From assembly GCA_021613535.1 (NCBI GenBank), contig CP075492.1:8494001-8558000 (forward strand): DNA of 64,000 nt. Reading direction: 5' to 3'. The stretch comes from Adineta vaga (Eukaryota; Animalia; Rotifera). Shown here in pieces: positions 1 through 11,567 of this stretch. Both the position numbers and the translations under genes were made by a program. The notes under the pieces are model-generated. The model was not told the DNA's origin, did no database searches, and worked only from the letters and a program-made list of their open reading frames with translations. How positions within the stretch are numbered: position 1 is the first letter of the stretch; every line of letters begins with the position of its first letter.

Positions 1-40
1 CATAAAAGTTCATTTAGTTTCTCTTTATCTCTTCTTTTAG

Positions 41-1004
41 TACAGCAAATTCACTTGCTGGTTTGAAAAATTATAACATATTTATATGTGTTCTATATTG
101 CTGAATTTAGGTGCTTACGAATATATATTGAAAAAAACCAATGGATCTAATATTGATGTAAGTCGTTTATTTATTTATTATAATGGACGTGCTAAAAATA
201 AAAATGCTTCAACTATAACTGATTCGGGTTGTACAATGACGAATGCTATTGAAGCATTAGAAGAATATGGTGTATGTCTTGAATCTGTTTGGCCGTATGA
301 TATATCAGCAGTCAATAATCAACCTGATCAACAAGCCTATGAACAGGGAAAAGATCATCAAATTACGGGAGCTTTCAAAGTCAATATAGATTTAAATGAA
401 ATGAAATCTTGTTTAGCACAAGGTTTTCCATTTGCGTTTGGTTTACGATTATACAAAACGTTTAATAGAGCAGCCAACACGGGTGTAGTACCTCAACCAG
501 ATGCTGGTGATCAAGAACGAAGTGAACATGGCAGGTTTGACTTTATAGTATATTAACAATGATACAGAGATCGACTAAGTTTCATTTTCTTTCGTACTAG
601 ACATGCAATGTTAGCAGTTGGTTATAGTGATCAATCACGAGCATTTATTGTTCGAAATTCATGGGGTGAAAGTTGGGTATAAAAGAAAGTTGACGAAGTT
701 GAACATGTTTTCATTTGCTATTTATTTTTAGGGTGATGCAGGATATTGTTATATTCCATATGATTATATGACAAATCCTGCATATTGTTTTGATGTATGG
801 ACTATTCGAGAATTAGAAACTAATGATATGGGTCATGAAAATTGGGATTATGATGATTCAATTGATTATCAAGAAAAACTTCAATACGATGGTGGTAATA
901 ATAATGATGATGATAATGAAATTCGACAAATTCAAGAATATGGAGATGATGGTGATGATGATGATGATAATACCAGTACATCAAGTAGTAGTTCTTCAGA
1001 CTAA
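41..1004 (+). CDS. Papain-family (C1A) cysteine protease, xylellain-like, copy 1 (5' end outside window)
   Basis: 20-nt micro-exon 41-60 (TANSLAG), then SRLFIYYN, GVCLESVWPY, GFPFAFG, RHAMLAVGY (catalytic His) and RNSWG (catalytic Asn). GT-AG introns of ~50-65 nt and an acidic D/N-rich tail. The first two bases of the nucleophile codon lie outside the window. Confidence 0.9.
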
Positions 1005-1457
1005 TATTAAGTTCTTTAACATGAATACAATAAAATATTTTACTTGTTTTTTCATATTATGAAACTATTAAATTACTAATAAATCTCGTAATCTTTCATA
1101 ATTACTTATGAGTCAATGAAGCCATTTATTTTCCTTTTACTTTCGATGCGCTACATCGCAGTTAAAATTTGATTTATAGATTCCATTGTATCTCTCGAAC
1201 GTCATAGATAACATCAAAGATGACAAATCAATGAAGTGTTAATAAGCCAACAGAAAAAAGAGAAGAAGAAGAAGAAATGCGTTCATCAATATATTAAGAT
1301 ACAACGATGTTCTAGGAAGAACGGAGAAAAAGACTAATTGTAGAGTGTACGACAAGTTGTCAACTCATTCGAAGGTATTTAACATCAGTCAACACATGAA
1401 AAATTTATCATTTATTTTGTTATTCTAACTTGGAAACGATTGTTACAAAAGATAGAC

Positions 1458-3090
1458 ATGGCATTAAAACGTTACTTATCAAGAAAATTTAGTGACCATA
1501 AACAACGTTTAACAAATATTCTACCAACAGTACATTTACGTCATAGAAAACGTTCAAAAGAATCTTTTCGTCATCATAGAATCTATAGAACTGATCAACT
1601 TCCACCAAAAGTTGATCTTCGACCAGATATGACCCCCATTGAAAATCAATTAGATCTGGGTAGTAGGTAAGTATTAGTCACAATAATTTCATTTTCTCTA
1701 AAGAAAAAAAATAAACTTCTTTTAGCGTAGCCAATTGTCTAGCTGGTATGCTAAATAATTCTTTCAAGAGGTATCATTCGTGTTCTGATTTTTTAAGGAG
1801 CTTATGAATATTTAACAAAGAAAGCAACGGGTTCTGATATTCATGTCAGTCGATTGTTTATCGATTACAATGCACGTATTCTCGGTTGTTCTTCGAGATT
1901 GATCACTGATTCGGGTTGTTCTGTTATCAATGGTATTGAAGCATTGGAAGAATTTGGTGTATGTCTTGAATCTCTTTGGCCGTACGATATCACATGTGTT
2001 AATATACGACCTGATGATGAAGCTTATGAACAAGCTAAAAATCATAAGATAAATGAAGTATCACAACTACATATAGATTTAAATGAAATGAAATCTTGTC
2101 TTGCACAAGGTTTTCCATTTGCATTTGCTTTAAAATTAAACGATTCGTTTATGAGCGCATCAAAAAATGGTATTATATCCATGTTGAATACACCACCAAA
2201 GCGAGATCAACTATCAATTGGAAGGTTTGCTCATGTCTTTTTATTAATATAAAAGTATCAAATTTCTATGCCGAATAATTTCATTCTTTTAGTCATGCAC
2301 TGTTAGCTGTTGGTTATAGTGATCGATCTAATGCATTTATTGTTCGAAATTCATGGGGTCATTATTGGGTAAATTCGATTCATTTTCACAGAGAAAGTTT
2401 TTAAATAGATGATTTCTTTTATTTAGGGTGATAAAGGATATTGTTATATACCTTACGAATATATGACAAATCCGGAAGTTTCGTATGATATATGGACAAT
2501 TCGAAAAGTATCAAATGATAGTTTTGGTCGAGAATATTGGCATTTTGATGATATTGTTAATTATCTTAATGAAAATTCTATTGAAAAGAATCATGAAAAT
2601 GATTCGGATGATGATGATGAGAATGAAATAATACGGACAGATTATCGTCGATGGAAGAATTCTGAAGAAGATGCATGGAATGAATATCAAAACCTTAGAG
2701 GTTTGTTCTGCTACTTTGCTCGACGATGAATATTCTTTTCATGATTTTATTAAAGAACGACGAAGTCTTATCCGATATGATGATGACTATATTAATCAGC
2801 GATATCGACGCGATCGTTATGACCGAGATAATGAACCATATGATCAAAGATGTGAAGGTAAACATTAATGAAATTCAAAAGAAATAGAAAAAATACTTAG
2901 ATACCTTAGGATATATCAACAATGGCTTTGATATAAATAAAAACTATTCATCATCAATCTTCGATCAATATCAAGATCAATTTTGTAAATATTATCATTA
3001 TACAATATCAATCTGATTATTTCTTTTTATTTAGATAATAATTCTACTCATAATCGATTCGGTACCAATAATCAAAACTTCATGTTTTAA
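1458..3090 (+). CDS. C1A protease homolog copy 2, nucleophile Cys replaced by Ser (probable pseudoprotease)
   Basis: Spliced model reads PPKVDLRPDMTPIENQLDLGS-S-VANCLAG (codon AG|C across intron 1667-1725, micro-exon 1726-1745), SRLFIDYN, SHALLAVGY, RNSWG. Additional 3' exons run to TAA at 3088-3090. Confidence 0.85.
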
Positions 3091-3493
3091 CTAACACGAT
3101 TGTATTTCTTTTAATAATTCTCAGTATGAGTTGCAATACCAAGAAAAAGTACATTGGCACTCAAAAATAACAGATAATTCATCCTGCAATGAATAAGCAT
3201 TTAATAAAAATAAAAATAATGAGTTTTTTAGTTACTAACTATGTCAATAATGTTCTTTTTTTGGATTTGTTTCGAAATTAGTCAGCATGAATAAACCCTT
3301 GAAAATAAAGAATAGAAAAATTTGTTTGCTTTCATACCCCTGCCTCGTTTATTTGACATGAAAACAAGAAAAGCAAGAACAGAAATCGACTGATTCATTC
3401 ATCGACCTTTTTAAAGGTAGAAACATTTTTCTATTTCACAATCGAGTCAAACGGGAATTTATTTTCTAAGCGTAAAGTAGTTCTCGAGCAACA

Positions 3494-5102
3494 ATGCCGT
3501 TTAAAACTTATTTGATCAATAAAATTAAACATAAACGATTTCGTTTGAATGGTATTGTTCCATCCAAACGTTTACCACGTAAAGATAAATTATGTCAAGA
3601 ATTTCGTGATCATAAAGTTTTGCAAGCTGACGAATTACCACCTAAAGTTGATCTTCGACCTGACATGACACCAGTAGAAGATCAATCTAGAATTGGAAGC
3701 TGGTAAATATACATTAATTTATAGCCTAATTTTATTCATTCGTTCTTTCTACTTGCAGCACTGCTAATACTCTTGCTGGTGAAGAATCAATTTCTATTTT
3801 TTTTAAAATTTTAATGAATATAGTCTTTCTATATTTTATTAGGAGCTTATGAATATTTAACAAAGAAAGCCAATGGTCGGAATACAGATGTTAGTCGATT
3901 GTTTATCTATTATAATGCACGTGCAAGAAATAAAGATGGGCAAGCTGTAAGTGATACTGGCTGTTCCATGACACATGCAATTGAAGCATTAGAACAATTT
4001 GGTACATGTCGTGAATCACTTTGGCCTTACGATATTTCACGTGTTAATGTACGACCAGATAGTTCAGTTTACGAAGAGGCTCAGAATTATCAATTAGAGG
4101 AAGCACTTCGAGTAAATGTCGATTTAGAAGAAATGAAATCTTGTTTAGCACAAGGTTATCCATTTGCATTTGGTTTAAGATTATATACATCATTTGATAA
4201 AGCAGCAAAAACAGGTGTTGTGCCAATGCCTAGCGTATGGGATGGAAATCGACAATCGGATGGAAGGTTTGTAAAACAATTACTTGTGAAAAAAAGAAAT
4301 TTATTTATTTGTTTATAGCCATGCACTATTAGCAGTTGGTTATAGTGATGAATCACGAGCATTCATTGTTCGAAATTCATGGGGTGAAAAATGGGTAGGA
4401 AAGATTTTGTTTTCTTCTTCAACATAATGGTTTGATTTACTAATAATGTATAGGGTGATGTAGGATATTGTTATATTCCATATGATTATATGACAAATCC
4501 GGATTATTGCTTTGATGTTTGGAGTATTCGACGATTAGAAAATGATGATCTTGGTCATGATAATTGGGATTATAATGATAATGTTGATTATCGTCAAAAA
4601 CCGGAAAAAGATACCGCTGACAATGATAATGATGATGACGATAACGATAACGATGATAATCATATTGTTGAAGGATTCGACGAAGATGATGATAATGATG
4701 AGGATGATCGAGGTGGTTCAAAAAAGGAAAACTTTTGGTCGGAATTTAAACAAGATGGAAATTCAAGTAGCTATTCGTATTCGTACAGTAGTCATCGAAG
4801 TTAGTCTATATTTTGAGCTAATTCTTCTACTAAATATTCTCCTTGTTCGTTCAAAGCAACTGAATATTCAAGTGGTGAATCAAGTTCATTTGGTCATCGA
4901 CATCATGATAATAATGATGATGATAATGGTAAAGATTACATTTAACCTAAAACAAAAAACAAGATAATCTCGTACATATACCGCTTTTAGAATTTCGTCG
5001 ATTTCATCATGGAAGAAGCCATTGTAAGTCTTAAAATGAAGTTTTTTTTGTGCCTAAACTCATTTTATATCTTTAGTTGGTGGCTTTTCGGACGATGGAT
5101 GA
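3494..5102 (+). CDS. C1A cysteine protease, xylellain-like, copy 3 (intact Gln/Cys/His/Asn)
   Basis: PPKVDLRPDMTPVEDQSRIGS-C-TANTLAG (codon TG|C across intron 3703-3758), SRLFIYYN, SHALLAVGY, RNSWG. Acidic tail plus three small 3' exons to TGA at 5100-5102. No signal peptide. Confidence 0.9.
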
Positions 5103-5183
5103 TATGTACTATTCTTTCAAATATAGAACAAACACTATTTTCTAATTACTACTTTTATTATATGATGCCAATAAATTTTCTGT

Positions 5184-6251
5184 CTAATACAATAGAAATA
5201 AACAAAAGAGAAAAAATGAAATAAACGAATGAGTTAATGTTGATGATGAACTTGACATCAAAGGAAAAAAGGATATTTTTCCAAATTTTGGACATTGTAA
5301 ATCAATATATGTAAATCGATCAAAGAGACGAGCATGAGTAGTTCCATCTGGCATAAGACATTTTGTAAATTGAAATAGAGACGATGTATATTTCTTGGAA
5401 TAAATGACATATGTAATAAATCGTTGATATTCACGAAGATGATTACAATTACAATACGGAGTATTGAGTACAGTAATGAATGTTGAATTAACAAACATTT
5501 TCATAATCGTTGTCATTGATTCTAATGAAATCATTCGAAACTGACTAGGATTTGGTATAATTGATTGAAATGGAATATTTTTCATACGAATACGAAACGA
5601 TTTTGTAGAGTTTTTCCATTGATTAACTAATTGAATCCATTGTTGAACAGTTAACATCTGTTTTAAAACTACATTTTCATAAGATGAAATAAGATTAATT
5701 GATTGAATATATTGCATTTGAAGTAAACTATCGAAATGATCGATAGATTGAATAGGATTATCTTGTAAAAATAATGAAAGTAAACTAGTTAATGGTTGAA
5801 AATCATTTCCATCAATTGATTTGATATTATTATTTGATAAATCAAGCATTTGAAGATACTTATTTTGAAAACGAGGAAGTTTCGTTAAATGTGTATTACT
5901 TAAATTTAATTGAATAATCTGTGTTAAACATGAAAAATCAACTGATTCAGAATCTAAATATGATCCACTTAAATCTAATATTTGAATATTTGAATATTCA
6001 CATATATGACTTGGCCATTGTGTAAATGCATTTTGTGCGACAATTCGTGTAACATTATTCGCATTTTGTGAAGCAAATAATGGCAAATCAAATAATTTAT
6101 GAGAACAATTCGATAATGCTAACGAATATTGTGTTAAATAACATTGACAAGATGTATTTGGAACACATGAAGTGATATTATAAGTTTTCGTAGAAGTGAT
6201 AAAAACAAAACGAAGAAGAAGAAGGAGAAGAACTTGATTTAGTTGAGACAT
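5184..6251 (-). CDS. Secreted, possibly GPI-anchored, leucine-rich repeat protein
   Basis: Single 355-aa ORF with a signal peptide, a Cys-rich LRR N-cap, LxxLDLSxN repeats, a CNCNHL LRR C-cap and a Ser run followed by a hydrophobic C-terminus. Confidence 0.8.
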   Translation of the reverse strand: MSQLNQVLLLLLLRFVFITSTKTYNITSCVPNTSCQCYLTQYSLALSNCSHKLFDLPLFASQNANNVTRIVAQNAFTQWPSHICEYSNIQILDLSGSYLDSESVDFSCLTQIIQLNLSNTHLTKLPRFQNKYLQMLDLSNNNIKSIDGNDFQPLTSLLSLFLQDNPIQSIDHFDSLLQMQYIQSINLISSYENVVLKQMLTVQQWIQLVNQWKNSTKSFRIRMKNIPFQSIIPNPSQFRMISLESMTTIMKMFVNSTFITVLNTPYCNCNHLREYQRFITYVIYSKKYTSSLFQFTKCLMPDGTTHARLFDRFTYIDLQCPKFGKISFFPLMSSSSSTLTHSFISFFLFCLFLLY

Positions 6252-7038
6252 TCTACTTGTTCAAGATATTGAATGAAAAGACAAACTTTTGTCATAGTTA
6301 TTGTTGTTTTTTCGTACTGTTCATTTAAGACATATTCAGACATTATTTGTAATTGGACACTACACATAGTTTTTGCTTCCTATTCATTTAGTTGACTCGA
6401 CGTGACAATGAACAAATAATCAGACTAGTGTAATCGTCTGTGTTTTTTTTATTCACTGGTCTAGATATTATTGAAAGCTAATGATTAATAACTTACACAA
6501 TGCATATTCTTTAATAACACGGATTTGATAATGTTCATTGACTGAATGAAATAATGATAAGTCACGAAATTTATGTCGATATCGTTTTCGTTTCTAAACA
6601 TCTATCAATCATGTATTAGTCTATAACTTCTTCGTTACCAAAAATGTCTCAAATATATTCGCAATTTTTGTTATTTTGTCCAAAATTTAGTACAAAGGAC
6701 AGTAGAAAAACGAATGACACATAGTGATATGCAAAATCGTTAGCGATTTCATCTCTCATTTCATCGAAATATTATTCAAATCGACTAGGTAACTATCTAC
6801 ACGCAATCGACAATGAATATCTACATAATGTTAGATTCTATGTATGCAAATTTTTCTTTCAATATCAATATGATTGATTTATCCGAGAACGGTGTTAGAT
6901 GGTGGTATAGTGAAGAAGAAAAAAAATCGTCTTGTTCTCCTGTCTGCTTTATCACCATATAAACTTGACATTATTTCATGACGAATAACACATTGCTTTT
7001 TTTCTCTTTGTTTAAGATAACTGTCTTTCTAGTAAAAT

Positions 7039-8765
7039 ATGTACAGTGAACCATACAATTCATCAACGGTATGAAACTTCTTTCTAACTATTTCTAATTA
7101 TCTTCTTTTTTTTGAATATAATAGACATTTAATAATCAAACAACATTTCGTTTTAATGATTCTTATTATTTGGATTCTTTACCTTATTCTTCGTATAATA
7201 CAAATTCTTATCCATTTCGTCAACAAATTCCATCACATTCAACTCCATCCAATGTTTATTTTTCTTCTCATCAACATACATTTTCATCAACATCACAACT
7301 TACACATCCTGATTTAACACCATATACAACTTATGATACAACTTACTTGAATGCAGCAGTTGCAGCTGCTTATCAAAATACTTATCCAAATCCTTATCAT
7401 TCGAATCCAACCGATGATTCACTTGATGCTGGTTTTTCTCGACATATTGGTGGATTATATAGATCTGATAATGAACAACAACAACATGAACAAATCAATA
7501 CCGATCTTTCAGAACGTAAAATTTCAACATCAACAGTTCAATCGAGTAGAAAAAGAAAATCACAAGACGAATCAATGAGTAAAGAAAAATCTTCTTTTTT
7601 TGTATAGATTTTCATGCGATTGTTTCATTTTAGAATTACAATATGAATCCGAATCTTGCCGAGTATGTGATGATGTTAGTTCGGGTTATCATTTTGGTGT
7701 ATTTACATGTGAAGCATGTAAAGGATTTTTTCGTCGTTATTCAAAAAAATCAACAATTCTCGAGCCATGTCCAATACGATGTTCGATCAATAAAAATAAT
7801 CGGAATAATTGTGCTGCATGTCGTTTTGATAAATGTAAATATGTTGGTAAGAATATAATATTCTTGAAAATGAATATTTCTTCTTCTTATTTATCTATAA
7901 AGGTATGGCTTTAGATAAGATTCGTTTTGGTAAACCACCAAAATTATGTCGTTCTTCTCTATTACCATCAAGTGTTAAATTAGAACCGAATAATAATGAT
8001 TTTCAATTGATGTTGAAATTACTTGAATGTTATCAATCATTCGAAGAATATGAACAACAACCAACAACAAGTACACATTCATCAATTATATTTCAATTTT
8101 GTCATCGATTAGCTGATATTGTTATGCCGGAAAATGAACGTGTACCTGAAATATTTCTTGCTCGATTAAAACGACATGAATCAGCAATTAAATTTTTAAT
8201 TACAGGTGAAAATGATCAACATGTATCTTCATGGAGTAAGGAACCACAAGCATGGGTATTTGCACATAATGAACGTTGGCGTTTAATTATGATTTTATTG
8301 ATCTTAGCATTTGATGACGAACAAATTGGTGGAGGTTCATTCATTTCAGTACCATCAACTCCATCATCACCATTCGATATGAATGAAAATCTTTATCCTT
8401 CAACAAATGATACAGTAATTGAAAGAATTCTACGTTTATTTGAACTTGAATGTGATCAAGAAAAAGAAGCTCGAACATTTAATGAAAGTTCAAATTCTTA
8501 TACAACCATAACAAATGATAAGAATATAAAATATATGAAAGCACAATTTATTCTGCGTTTTGTTGATATGATGACAAATGATATGATATCCAATAGAGAT
8601 TCTTTATCAACAATTAATAATGATTCGATTCAATCATATTTAATTATAGAAGAACCTTTATATCGCAATCATCCGAATATAGCTTATTCATCAACATTAG
8701 ATGAACTACAAATACAACAAACAGAAACTAGTCAATCAACAGATCATTGTAGTGAAAAATCTTGA
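7039..8765 (+). CDS. Nuclear hormone receptor (C4 zinc-finger DBD, divergent C-terminal domain)
   Basis: CRVCDDVSSGYHFGVFTCEACKGFFRR...CAACRFDKC followed by GM..KIRFGK. Four exons are joinable by GT-AG introns from ATG 7039. Confidence 0.88.
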
Positions 8766-8976
8766 ATAAAAAAGTGTGTTTTTTCTTATTTAAATATATG
8801 AAATATTTGCAGATTCATTCTATGATCTATTCCATCCTTTGAATCTAGAATTTGTAATTATTAAAGCTATATATATATAGCGCAAAAATCGAATCATTGA
8901 AATTAAAAGACAAAATTCGATTGGAGAGATAATATTACATTGATATAGGAAACAAATGTTCATCAAAACGATAGAT

Positions 8977-10839
8977 TTATCGTGTAAAACCAAATACTTC
9001 AATTTCCATAATTTGAAAATGTTCACAACTTGACAATGGTTTATTTGCATATGTATCACATTGTTTTGTACTACCTTCATTTAAATTCTGTTGAATACAT
9101 AAACCAATATCGAGTGCTTCTTTACTTCCACCGAATTGTAAACGTTCATTATCGGCATAGATAAAATAATCTTCATAAGGTTTCGTATCACCCATACTAA
9201 ATTTTTGATAACCAATCCATTTAAAAACTTGTCGTTTAGGCTTCAATGTAAATAGGAAAGTTTCACCTGTGCCAAACCATGTTCTTACTTTTGAACGTAC
9301 TGACAGTTGACCCGAACAGAAGACACCAAATATTTCTTCAAGTTCATTACGTATAATAATAAAACAATGTTCGTAAAATTCAACATGATCATATAGAGTA
9401 CGTAAACGACGACCATGAATATTAGATGAATAGATACGTTCAGGTTGAAATTCAGTCAATCGACTTGGAATTAATGACCAAAGATATGCAAAATCTGAAT
9501 GACTTGCTATGCTTGTATCAAATTCACGAATCATGATAATTGAATTCGAATTTTGATGATGACAAGGACGTATTGATGTACTTGTCGATGAAGAATTTGA
9601 TCCATGCTGCTCAGTAGTATTTGGTCCTGGACGTACTAAACGACGTTCTTGTTTGACTTTTTCTTCTTCAATCTATGTAAAAACTAACATTGTAGTTCAG
9701 ATATATCAAAACAGAGAAGGAAAGTTTTTACTTGAATTGTTCGAAAGATATCTTTTCTTCGTAAATGTCGAATATTAAATGCTTGTTTAAATAATTTCTC
9801 AATTGGTTGATCGAATTGTTGCATATAGTTGATTAAGAGTTCATCAGTCGCAGTAATATTCGCTTTTATTGCTGCTGATGATGTTGATGAAAAACGAGAA
9901 AATGTTTCACGTTGAAATATTGAATAACGTCGTTTTGGTTTAAATTGTTGATTTGATATGAATTTAGCAAATAGATTCATTAATGCCATACTGAAACGTA
10001 TTAAGATTTTCATATCTTCAATTAAAAGACAATCAATAATTGGTATTAAATATTTCGAAGGTAAATATTCAAATAGAATCCAAAGCCATTGATCAAAGAT
10101 ATTTTGTTGATATTTTGAAAGTATTTCATATGTTGAACGATAATGTCGACGTAATAATGAACGAAATGCCAATGTGATTGATTGATATTGAATTTCTGTT
10201 TGAGTTATTACATTATAATTATTACTCGTAAGAATTAATAACGATTCATAAGCATCGATTTCAGTCATATAATGTAAAAATAAAGCTGTTATAGGTGCAA
10301 GTAAAGGTGCCCATGTTACATCTGGATGATAGTAAGCAAAGACACTTAAGATACGCGTTCGTGCATGTTGACCTTTTCGATTCAGATTATAATTAGGTAG
10401 ATGATTGATATCAATACAGGATGGAAGACGAACAATGATGTCATTACGACGACCAAATATATTACTAAAACAAAACATTGTATTCCACTTCTTTTTTATC
10501 TTTTGAAGAGTAAAAATTTCAGATAACGTACCGTATATCTTCTGGATAACGTTCAACAGCTTGCTGAAATTTATATTGTTGATGTTTTTGTTCGTGATGA
10601 AGAATATTAAACCAAAGTGATGAACGTAATGGATGTGCGACATGTAAATGTGTAAGACGAAATAAATATTTGAGATTAGTTAAAGAAATATTGTTTTGAA
10701 AATCAATCGACAAAAATTGACTTAAATACTCATCATTAATTAATTGTTGATTAAATGGTTTTAATTCTGTTCGTTCACTATTTGCCGTATTTCGAGTATC
10801 TTCACAAATACTTGTTAAAGTTGTTAATGCAGGATGCAT
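8977..10839 (-). CDS. TBC1D24: TBC + TLDc domain protein (TBC1D24/skywalker-like)
   Basis: N-terminal TBC-like helices (HPLRSSLW, HPDVTWAPLLAPITALFLHYM) plus a C-terminal TLDc domain (YSSNIHG, FGTGETFLF, EIEVFGF). Confidence 0.82.
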
Positions 10840-11567
10840 CGAATGACATCAATTTTTACACGATGTATTTTATATATAATAGTCTTTCTCTTTTCAGTAT
10901 CATTTCATCCGTTCTATATATATATATATATATATATGCCTAGTCCATTATCAGCATAGGATACATGTAGAAGGTCAAAGAATGTTAAATACTTTCGTCG
11001 ATTCTTTAATATTTATTTATGTATTTTGAGAATGTCTATGTAGAACACCGTTGTTTTTTTTTCTTCAAAAAATTATCAGATATGTAAACAAATTTTTCCA
11101 GAATGACTAGGTCAAGTGTCTTTTGTGCATCGTATTATGTTTTATCTTTTATTTTTAACAACAACTGAGAGCGAGAAAGAGAACACAAATGAATAATAAT
11201 ATGAAGAGATGAAAAAGAAAGAGAGAGAAAGAAAGAAAAACGTAAAAATAAATAGTCGGATATTGGTTTTTCCGTTTAGTTTGTTCTTTGAATATCCGAA
11301 TTATGTCCCGAAAACAAAAAGAAGACGACGAAGAAGAAAAAAATCTATGTTAGATATAATTAAATAATGAAAACTAAACCAACGGACAACACGTATATAT
11401 TGACATGACAGATTTAACTGAAAACGCATAAACGAAAGAAAAGAAGACGAAAAACGAGAATATGATATAAATTTTGAATGAATGAAAGTAAATATGCCTG
11501 TTTAGCACGAATCGATCACATTATCTTGTCTTTTATAGCTATCTATTCTTTTTGAATCTTTGCATCT

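Noticed and set aside
823-1062. Met/Ile-rich alternative-frame ORFs (also 4542-4967 and 4440-4721)
   Set aside because: Off-frame or antisense readings of GAT/AAT repeats encoding the acidic tails.
2671-2868. Apparent frameshift at the 3' end of protease copy 2
   Set aside because: Explained by a 55-nt GT-AG intron (2701-2755) that joins the two frames.
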